NCBI GenBank assembly: GCA_046497275.1
Contig: JAWOFX010000078.1
Coordinates: forward strand, 37,696 to 69,695
Reading direction: 5' to 3'
DNA: 32,000 bases
Origin: Promethearchaeia archaeon
GTDB taxonomy: Archaea; Asgardarchaeota; Lokiarchaeia; Sigyniarchaeales; SOKP01
Positions 7,796-14,953 of this stretch are shown piece by piece. Position 1 is the first letter of the stretch. Every line of letters starts with the position of its first letter. A model generated the notes under the pieces. It saw only the letters and a program-made list of their open reading frames with translations. It made no database searches and had not been told where the DNA came from. The position numbers and the translations under genes were made by a program.

Positions 7796-9027
7796 TGCCG
7801 GTCTCTGAATACAAGAAAGAGCTTGATTTTATCATTGAATTAGATTCAAATATTTTATCTGCAGCAATAATTGAAAATGATGGGAATATTTTAGCGCTAT
7901 CGAATAATTGGAATATTTCTGATAAAATTGAAGAAATAATTCATTCATGGGATTCAGAAGATAAAAGATCTTTCACATTATTAGGAGATAAATATATCAT
8001 CATCTATAAAAGTCTTGAATCGTTTATCGCAATCAATAAAACTTCAAGTAATAAATCTATAATTGGTTTTAAATATGATGAGAGAATAATTTTTTGTCAA
8101 ATTAAGGGAAAGGGTAATACTAATCTGATTTTTACTGGAATATTGAAAGAACTAAATAAATTCAGTTCTAAAAAACCTTATATAAAAGAAGACTCCAAAT
8201 TTGGAAAGAAAGGAAAAATTAAATGGACAACTCCTAAAATTCTCCTTGATAACACCCAGAATTTAAAGAAATTGGGCCTACTAAAAGTAGGATTAAGCTT
8301 TGATGAAGCTAAGGTATATCTTGCGTTATTAAGTAAAGGAGAACAAGGAGAAAAAGTTGGTAATCTCAATAAGGAGTTAGATATAAAAAGAACAACCATT
8401 TATCGAATAATTGATCGTTTGATTGAAAATAATTGGGTTGAAAAGATATCAGAAAGTCCACAAGGAGTCAGTATTTTTGCTGCACGGTCCTTGGATGCAC
8501 AATTTGATGAAATTATTAATCAAAAAGAAGAGGAACTCAGAATTTTAAAAAGTATGAAATATATTTTAGGCGAAACAATTGAAAATGGATGGACAGGTCT
8601 TTCCAAGCTTAGAAAGGAATCTCAAAAATTAGGAGATAAAGCAATAACCTATGAATCAATGGATATTATTGGAATGGAAAAAGATTGTGGTCTGATTATA
8701 TTTGATTATGAAGAGTCTGTTTCTGAGACTGTGGTCCTAAAAGGAGCATTACAATTAGTCAACGAGAAAATGATGTACGAGATTAAAAGTCAAAAGAATA
8801 AAGATTTGGAGGATATTAAAATTATTGATACCAAATTCCAAGAGTATTATGGAGCAACTATCCATATCAAATTTAAAAAAGATAGTGAAATTGCGAAAAA
8901 TGTGGGAGAGGATTGGATTGTTGCATTAAAACAAGTTGCTATACCTATTGGAGATAAAATATATGTGATATGGGGTTCAGAAGAGAAATTTCCCGTGTTA
9001 ATGTCTATTATTTTACGCTTAAGTTAA
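7795..9027 (+). CDS. Profilin-like domain + TrmB-type wHTH + unknown C-terminal domain fusion
   Basis: aa 1-130 resemble Asgard profilins (SAAIIENDGNIL..SNNWNIS, LGDKYIII, IIGFKYDERII, SSKKPY). aa 160-250 are a TrmB N-terminal wHTH (GLSFDEAKVYLALL...LDIKRTTIYRIIDRLIENNWVE) followed by a coiled helix. Confidence 0.8.
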   Translation: MPVSEYKKELDFIIELDSNILSAAIIENDGNILALSNNWNISDKIEEIIHSWDSEDKRSFTLLGDKYIIIYKSLESFIAINKTSSNKSIIGFKYDERIIFCQIKGKGNTNLIFTGILKELNKFSSKKPYIKEDSKFGKKGKIKWTTPKILLDNTQNLKKLGLLKVGLSFDEAKVYLALLSKGEQGEKVGNLNKELDIKRTTIYRIIDRLIENNWVEKISESPQGVSIFAARSLDAQFDEIINQKEEELRILKSMKYILGETIENGWTGLSKLRKESQKLGDKAITYESMDIIGMEKDCGLIIFDYEESVSETVVLKGALQLVNEKMMYEIKSQKNKDLEDIKIIDTKFQEYYGATIHIKFKKDSEIAKNVGEDWIVALKQVAIPIGDKIYVIWGSEEKFPVLMSIILRLS

Positions 9028-9046
9028 ATTAGTATCTATAAAAAGA

Positions 9047-9643
9047 TTAAATCTCCTTCTTAATTTGTTCATAAAAAGTTTTTATTATTTCTACTCGTCT
9101 TTGCGCAATTTTTTTAGACTCGTCCAAAATCATGTTATTTGGTAATTTTAATATTTTTTCCTTTAAATGTTGGATTACACTTCTTATATTTCCTTTATTA
9201 TTCAAAGTAAATCCTATAGTTCTATAAAGACCCACCGCCCCTAAAGCATCTAATTTATCTGCATCAGACAAAATCTTGGCTTCTAATGTGTTTGGCTTAA
9301 TATTATTCGAAAAGGAATGTGCTTTTATTGAATGAATAATGTTATCTATTTCATTTTTCTTGAAGTTATAATTATTTTTTGTAAGGAATTCGAGTGCCAT
9401 TTTTGCAGACAAATCAGCATGATTTGTATTCAATGATTCTTTCTCTCTAATACGTCCAATATCATGCAATAGTGCTGCTATCTTAAGAATAAAAATATTA
9501 GCCCCAGAATTTTTGCCAATTTCAAGACAGAGATCAAAAACTCTTTCAACGTGTTTAAATCCATGAATATCATTATCTATTGAATTTTTTTCCGCATATT
9601 TTTTAATAGACATGAGTATCTGCTTTCTTTCTGTGGGTTTCAT
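9047..9643 (-). CDS. HD domain phosphohydrolase
   Basis: HGFKHVERV, AALLHDIGR, H-S-F-S and ILSDADKLDALGAVG motifs. Confidence 0.92.
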   Translation of the reverse strand: MKPTERKQILMSIKKYAEKNSIDNDIHGFKHVERVFDLCLEIGKNSGANIFILKIAALLHDIGRIREKESLNTNHADLSAKMALEFLTKNNYNFKKNEIDNIIHSIKAHSFSNNIKPNTLEAKILSDADKLDALGAVGLYRTIGFTLNNKGNIRSVIQHLKEKILKLPNNMILDESKKIAQRRVEIIKTFYEQIKKEI

Positions 9644-9818
9644 ATAATTTTCTTCCTTATTTTCTAAAAATATTATACCATGTGAATTAGAACTTCTTCT
9701 CTTATATAATTATAATTATTTTTCATTCAATATCTTAACTTAGCATAATTCTTATTTAATTATAATAACTTAAAATTCAAGTTTGAATAAATTAAATAAG
9801 GATCTATAGAATTGAAAA

Positions 9819-10763
9819 TTAGATTTTTTCCCTAAATCCTTCAAAAAATTCAATTAACTCCTCAGAATCTTTTTTGTATAATATATTAAGCGTATATCCT
9901 TGATTTGATGAATACGTTTCTGCGAGTAATAAGGATATTTTTAGATAATTCTCCTCCTCTGAGAAGATTGGAATAATTGCATCCCATTTAGAGAAAAAGG
10001 GGAAATTTTTTGCAATTTCCAATGATCTATTGAGAAGCGACATTAACTTCGAATTTTTTTCAATTTGAGAGTCAATTACAAGTTGTTTTTTACTTACAAA
10101 TTGATGTTTTTTAAATAGTTGATAATGAATAGAGGAATTTTCAAAATTATAAGAATAAATATAATACACAAAAGGGAAGGTTCCGGGAATATATTTTACG
10201 TTATTTGGTAATTGAATTTTTAATACAATTTTTGTTATGAATTTATAGAGGAAATAGATAATGTAAAATGATAAAAATATGGGGAATAGAATGAATAAAA
10301 GCAAATATGGAAATAAAAATCTCAATATAAGACTGCTAATTAAAATAAAAATTGATATCATAGCCAAAAATGGTGTCACTGCTCTATCAATAAAAAAACG
10401 ATACTTCTTTTTTGAAAATGGATATAATAATGGGATTTTAGACGCTGTTAGAAAATCAAATAAGATATGAAGATTATAGAAAGTAAAACCAACGAGCCAA
10501 GATAAAAGAAAATCAAGTTGAAATATTAGAAATATCATTAAACTCGGGATTAATGAAATTAGTGCGGAACCTATAAATGAATGAGAAAACCCCTTATGGG
10601 AGAGGATTTCAGAATTCCTAAATTTTGGTATGAGCTCAAGAAAAACGTCCAAATCTGCTAATATCGCCATAAATGCCGCATAATAAAAATAGATTATATC
10701 TAATCCCTCTACTACATACCTAGCAATTAATATCGCAATAATTAGGTGTGAAAAGAAATCCAT
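9819..10763 (-). CDS. Membrane-bound metal-dependent hydrolase (YdjM/YbcI-like)
   Basis: MDFFSH, LADLD, HKGFSHS, HILFDFLT and PLLYPF motifs with hydrophobic helices. Confidence 0.85.
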   Translation of the reverse strand: MDFFSHLIIAILIARYVVEGLDIIYFYYAAFMAILADLDVFLELIPKFRNSEILSHKGFSHSFIGSALISLIPSLMIFLIFQLDFLLSWLVGFTFYNLHILFDFLTASKIPLLYPFSKKKYRFFIDRAVTPFLAMISIFILISSLILRFLFPYLLLFILFPIFLSFYIIYFLYKFITKIVLKIQLPNNVKYIPGTFPFVYYIYSYNFENSSIHYQLFKKHQFVSKKQLVIDSQIEKNSKLMSLLNRSLEIAKNFPFFSKWDAIIPIFSEEENYLKISLLLAETYSSNQGYTLNILYKKDSEELIEFFEGFREKI

Positions 10764-10899
10764 CAGTCGTTTTGAGAAATTTTTCTATGATTTAAAAGCT
10801 TTTTATAATTCTTTATAAGAAAAAATATTGATTGAAATATAAAAAAATTAAAAAAATAGGAAAGGAATAATTTTATAATTGCTAGAATCGTTCTTAACT

Positions 10900-12522
10900 C
10901 TATATAACTCTAATATTTCTGTTAATCGTGTTAACATTCCCAAAGTTATCTGATATTTTAAATTTGACTTCATAAATACCAGGTTTTTCATAGGCATGTT
11001 TAGTTAGGATAATATTGCTAGTTTCTCCATCACCAAAATCCCATTCAAAATCTAACGAAATACTTTCTGGAGCAGTAAAAACGGTAGGATGGAACAAAGC
11101 GGAATAACCAACGGGAACAGGATAAGGTAGTACATCAAAGAAACCAGAAGGAGGGTCTATTACTTCTTTTTTTGTCATAAATTGCTGCATGTTATCTAAT
11201 TTTCCATCTGCTTCTATAATAGAATCTTTTGGGGTTTTTAATATATGCTCGATAATCTCTATATGTGCTTTAGTAGCTCTTTCGAGTCGTTCAGGAGGTA
11301 CTCTTTCGGTTGTATCTTCTTTTGTATGATAAAAGATTGATTTTCCAATGATCATTATTGAAGGAACGTCTGCAAAAACAAATGGTCCCATATCACTAAC
11401 GGGCAAAGTTTTCGCGGATACATACGCAGAAGGGAACAATTGATATTTAAGAACTGAATCAATAACTATAGATGTCAACACAGAATTATCTGTAATAAAT
11501 AAACCTCGTTTTTCATCCTTGCCTGTCTCGACAACTGCTCCATCAGCTTGATTATAGTAGCCATTAGATGCTAAACCATCTAACATAATGAAGGTAACAA
11601 TTTTATCAAGCATATCTTGATGCATTTTTGTAAATTTATTTACACCAATTAAGCCCGTTTCGTGTCCCGTCCACCCAACAAATTTGATTGTCTTATCTCT
11701 TTTTTCTAGGGGAAGATCTGCAAAAAATCTTGCCATCGCTATTAATCCTGCATTGGCTGCAGCATTATCCATAGCTCCTGTGAAGGTGGAATCGGTATGA
11801 GTCCCAATTAATATTATATCTTCTGATTTACCTGGGATGGTGCCAATAATCGTATTAGTCTTAGCTTTCTCTGTTTTTACCTTTTGAATAAGATTGACTT
11901 TTAGATTACTTCTATTATTTGAACATAAATATTTTAAATATTCTCCATCAATATTGTTAACAGAAAGCGCCGGTAATCTTCGCTTCCAACCCAACATAGA
12001 CATATAGAAAATATATGTGATTAAATCAAGCGGGGAACCATTAATAAATACAACCGCTAATGCTCCGTTTTCTTTTGCTAAAGCTAAAGAATTAAAAATT
12101 CTGTCTGTATAAGAGGGAAAAAAATTAAGTATCATTTTGCCTTCTATTAAAGCTATTTTATTTTGGACTGATATTTTTTCAAAATCTACGGAAGTTCCGT
12201 TTCCAACATACACAAAATCTGCAGTGATTCCTTCAGAATCTGTAGATCCAGTTGTCCAGACGGGAAATGAGGTTATAATTTGATCATCGAGAATAGGGAG
12301 CTCGTCATTTTTTAAAATTTTGAGACCATACTCTTCAGCCCACCATCTATTGAATTTATATTCTTCCAGTTCCACATCTGAGATTCCTGCTCTTTTTAAC
12401 TCCTCAAAAATATATTCCTCTGTTTTGACAGCCGATTCAGTTCCCGCTCTACGATATCCAAAATCACATATAGTTTTCATATGCTGATAAATTTCTTGCC
12501 CATTAATATCCTTTAAATCCAT
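10900..12522 (-). CDS. M28 family peptidase with PA domain and C-terminal PKD domain
   Basis: GYRRAGT; PA insert (VYVGNG, KIALI); GTHTDS, GAMDNAA, GHETGLIG, SDMGPF, YHTKED; PKD motif FEWDFGDG...HAYEKPGIYEV. Confidence 0.88.
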   Translation of the reverse strand: MDLKDINGQEIYQHMKTICDFGYRRAGTESAVKTEEYIFEELKRAGISDVELEEYKFNRWWAEEYGLKILKNDELPILDDQIITSFPVWTTGSTDSEGITADFVYVGNGTSVDFEKISVQNKIALIEGKMILNFFPSYTDRIFNSLALAKENGALAVVFINGSPLDLITYIFYMSMLGWKRRLPALSVNNIDGEYLKYLCSNNRSNLKVNLIQKVKTEKAKTNTIIGTIPGKSEDIILIGTHTDSTFTGAMDNAAANAGLIAMARFFADLPLEKRDKTIKFVGWTGHETGLIGVNKFTKMHQDMLDKIVTFIMLDGLASNGYYNQADGAVVETGKDEKRGLFITDNSVLTSIVIDSVLKYQLFPSAYVSAKTLPVSDMGPFVFADVPSIMIIGKSIFYHTKEDTTERVPPERLERATKAHIEIIEHILKTPKDSIIEADGKLDNMQQFMTKKEVIDPPSGFFDVLPYPVPVGYSALFHPTVFTAPESISLDFEWDFGDGETSNIILTKHAYEKPGIYEVKFKISDNFGNVNTINRNIRVI

Positions 12523-12651
12523 TTTGAATTCGCCATTTTGATTAAATTAATATATAATTATACGGATTAAATATAAAAATATTAAGGAGGGGAAAAAAAT
12601 GTGAATTATTAATAATAAAGAAAATTAAGAGATATAAAGAAAATTTCTCGA

Positions 12652-13326
12652 TTACTTATCTCTTGGAAAATAAGGACACCTTTCCATATGACAATCATTA
12701 TTAAGTTCCCAAACATCACATCTCCCGATTACTTTTGAACGAGTTAAATGATAATCCATATTATTTAAGATTTTTAAAGCTTGATCTATAGCCGTATATG
12801 CACTTAATCTGCAACATCTTGGCCCACCTAATTTTCCAATTCTTTTATTTGCTTCTTGCGCAGCTTCGAATGCAGCTGAACGAGCTTTGTCATGAAATGG
12901 ATTTGCTCGTTTAACCAGACTCACAGCAATCCCAAGACCAGATCCCCCACCACAAGTACCACAGAAACCACATCCCCCCGCCGGTATTTTAAGGCCTCTA
13001 CTAAATGCTTCTTTAATATCTTTGTCTGTAAAATCATATCCATTATTTCTCAAAGCTGTTATAATGACTGCTGGAACTATTCCATGGTGCCATGGACCGT
13101 GGAATGGTAAGGTTTCTGAAGCAGTCCACTCCTCTCGTAATTTATCGATTGTATTCTCAAAAATAAGAAATGCATCTTTATCTTTTTGCTGTAATATTAT
13201 TGGGAGCACTTTTGGCATGAAATTTTGATAATCCTCCATTGTTAGGTTATCAAAATCCAAAACAGTTTCCATAAATTCATCATAATAAGGTATTTCTTTT
13301 GCTTGTTCAAATTGTTTTGTATCCAT
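12652..13326 (-). CDS. DUF5714-like Cys/His-rich metal-binding protein
   Basis: HGPWHHGIVPAV, PAGGCGFCGTCGGG, GGPRCCR, C..WELNNDCHMERCPYF. Confidence 0.8.
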   Translation of the reverse strand: MDTKQFEQAKEIPYYDEFMETVLDFDNLTMEDYQNFMPKVLPIILQQKDKDAFLIFENTIDKLREEWTASETLPFHGPWHHGIVPAVIITALRNNGYDFTDKDIKEAFSRGLKIPAGGCGFCGTCGGGSGLGIAVSLVKRANPFHDKARSAAFEAAQEANKRIGKLGGPRCCRLSAYTAIDQALKILNNMDYHLTRSKVIGRCDVWELNNDCHMERCPYFPRDK

Positions 13327-13437
13327 ATGAATTCACTTATAATATTTTTATATAATTTTAAAAATAATCAAACTAATTTAAATTTTCTTGAAATGGACCG
13401 AAAAATATTAAAATAAAATTTAATTACTTTTCTTATA

Positions 13438-13800
13438 ATGGATGACGATCGCTTCAAAAATTATATTAATGAATTGGAACCTGAAACTACTTGTGAAGCC
13501 TTTTTAAAACAGAATAGAGAGATTTTGAAAAAATTTAAATCAAATAATAAATTTAAAAGAGAATTTAAAGTATATAACGCATTGGGCCATAAATTGCGAT
13601 ATATGATTTTTAAAATTCTTCAGAATAAGCCTATGTGTGTTTGTGCATTAGCACAAGTTTTTGAAAAATCCGATAGTAGCATTGCTTATCATTTGAATAT
13701 ATTACAAGATGCTGCACTCATAATTGGTAGAAAAAAAGGATATTTCACAATTTACTATTCTAAAGAAAAATTATTAACTGAAATAAATGAAATTCTTTAG
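13438..13800 (+). CDS. arsR: ArsR/SmtB family regulator
   Basis: NALGHKLRYMI..L..KPMCVCALA......SSIAYHLNILQDAALI...KKGYFTIY; CVC metalloid site in alpha3. Confidence 0.9.
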   Translation: MDDDRFKNYINELEPETTCEAFLKQNREILKKFKSNNKFKREFKVYNALGHKLRYMIFKILQNKPMCVCALAQVFEKSDSSIAYHLNILQDAALIIGRKKGYFTIYYSKEKLLTEINEIL

Positions 13801-13814
13801 AAATTTAAATTATG

Positions 13815-14246
13815 TTAAAACAAGATTTTCCTTTCTTTTAACCATGATTTGATTTTCTCTTCAATTTCATCTCGAGTTTTTCGAAATTTCTCCAATTTTT
13901 CTGCTTTTGACCCTTCAAATGCCGCAGGATCCTCAATATCCCAAAATAATCTTGTGCTTACTCCAGGAAGGGTAGGACATAATTTTTCTGCTTTTTGACA
14001 TAATGTTATTACTATTCCAAAATGTTTTTCTCCTAAATATTGACTTAAATCTTTGGAATAATGGTTTTTCATATCATAACCTTTTTCTTCCATAACTTCT
14101 TTAGCGAGAGAATGGATTTCTCTGGGTTCAAATCCGGCACTAAACACATTGAAATGATCGGCAGCATATTTATTTAGTATGGCTTCTGCCATCTGGCTTC
14201 TGCAAGAATTTCCGGTACATAATACAACCACATTTTTTGATTTGAT
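13815..14246 (-). CDS. arsC: Arsenate reductase, LMW-PTP/thioredoxin-coupled type
   Basis: CTGNSCRSQMAE, SAG, VITLC...CP, WDIEDPA. The frame is open to ATC at 14246, which has a GAGGT RBS 8 nt upstream; the track starts it at GTG 14231. Confidence 0.93.
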   Translation of the reverse strand: MKSKNVVVLCTGNSCRSQMAEAILNKYAADHFNVFSAGFEPREIHSLAKEVMEEKGYDMKNHYSKDLSQYLGEKHFGIVITLCQKAEKLCPTLPGVSTRLFWDIEDPAAFEGSKAEKLEKFRKTRDEIEEKIKSWLKERKILF

Positions 14247-14263
14247 TTAGATTTACCTCTAAA

Positions 14264-14563
14264 TTATGTATTTGAATTTGAACTTTGATTAATTAAACCT
14301 TTTTCTTCTAAAATTTTAGATAATTGCTTTTTTAATACATATACAGAAGAGATCTTTTTCTCTTCATCAATAATAACACATTTTTGAAATAAATTCATCT
14401 CCGCAGCTTTTTCGGAATGTAATGACATTGTATCATGTTCGATAAATTTAATATATGGAGTAAGCACCTCAAAAACACGGTTCATGAAATTTTCCCATTC
14501 ACACGTACAAACCTGTAATGGAACATAAATATCCACTTTAAGTTTTTCTTTTAGTTTTGACAT
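14264..14563 (-). CDS. Small CxC protein, possibly thioredoxin-like fold or metallochaperone
   Basis: ATG at 14563 with GAGGGA upstream; MSKLKEKLKVDIYVPLQVCTC...; lies between hgcB-like and arsC on the same strand. Confidence 0.6.
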   Translation of the reverse strand: MSKLKEKLKVDIYVPLQVCTCEWENFMNRVFEVLTPYIKFIEHDTMSLHSEKAAEMNLFQKCVIIDEEKKISSVYVLKKQLSKILEEKGLINQSSNSNT

Positions 14564-14589
14564 AAAATCCCTCTTTTGATTAAATTCTA

Positions 14590-14922
14590 TTAACAACAAC
14601 AAGATGTATCATTAGATTTTCCTTTCGAACGTTTTCTAGCATCCCATAGGCATCCACATCCTTGCTGTTCTTGCATTATTATTGCTTGAGTGGGACAATT
14701 TCTTTGACATGCACTACATTCTGTGCATTTTTCTGGGCTCCTAATTGTATATGTACCATCATTTTCTTTTTGTGGAAGACCAAATGGGCAAATTTCTTCG
14801 CATAAACCACATGCAATACATTTTGATGGATCAATAATAATCCTTAAATTTAAAGCCTTCAGAAAACCTTCAATATTACTGCTAGAGTCACAACATTTAT
14901 TATTTTCTTTTAGTTCTGTCAT
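14590..14922 (-). CDS. hgcB: HgcB-like 2[4Fe-4S] ferredoxin with Cys-rich tail
   Basis: CIACGLCEEICP and CTECSACQRNCP, then GCGC and a terminal CCC; begins 31 nt after the hgcA-like stop. Confidence 0.8.
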   Translation of the reverse strand: MTELKENNKCCDSSSNIEGFLKALNLRIIIDPSKCIACGLCEEICPFGLPQKENDGTYTIRSPEKCTECSACQRNCPTQAIIMQEQQGCGCLWDARKRSKGKSNDTSCCC

Positions 14923-14953
14923 TTTTAATAGTTTAAATAATTTTGTTTTCTTT

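Noticed and set aside
14564-14602. Track's N-terminal extension of the CxC protein into the ferredoxin stop
   Set aside because: An ATG at 14563 with a good RBS gives a non-overlapping start.
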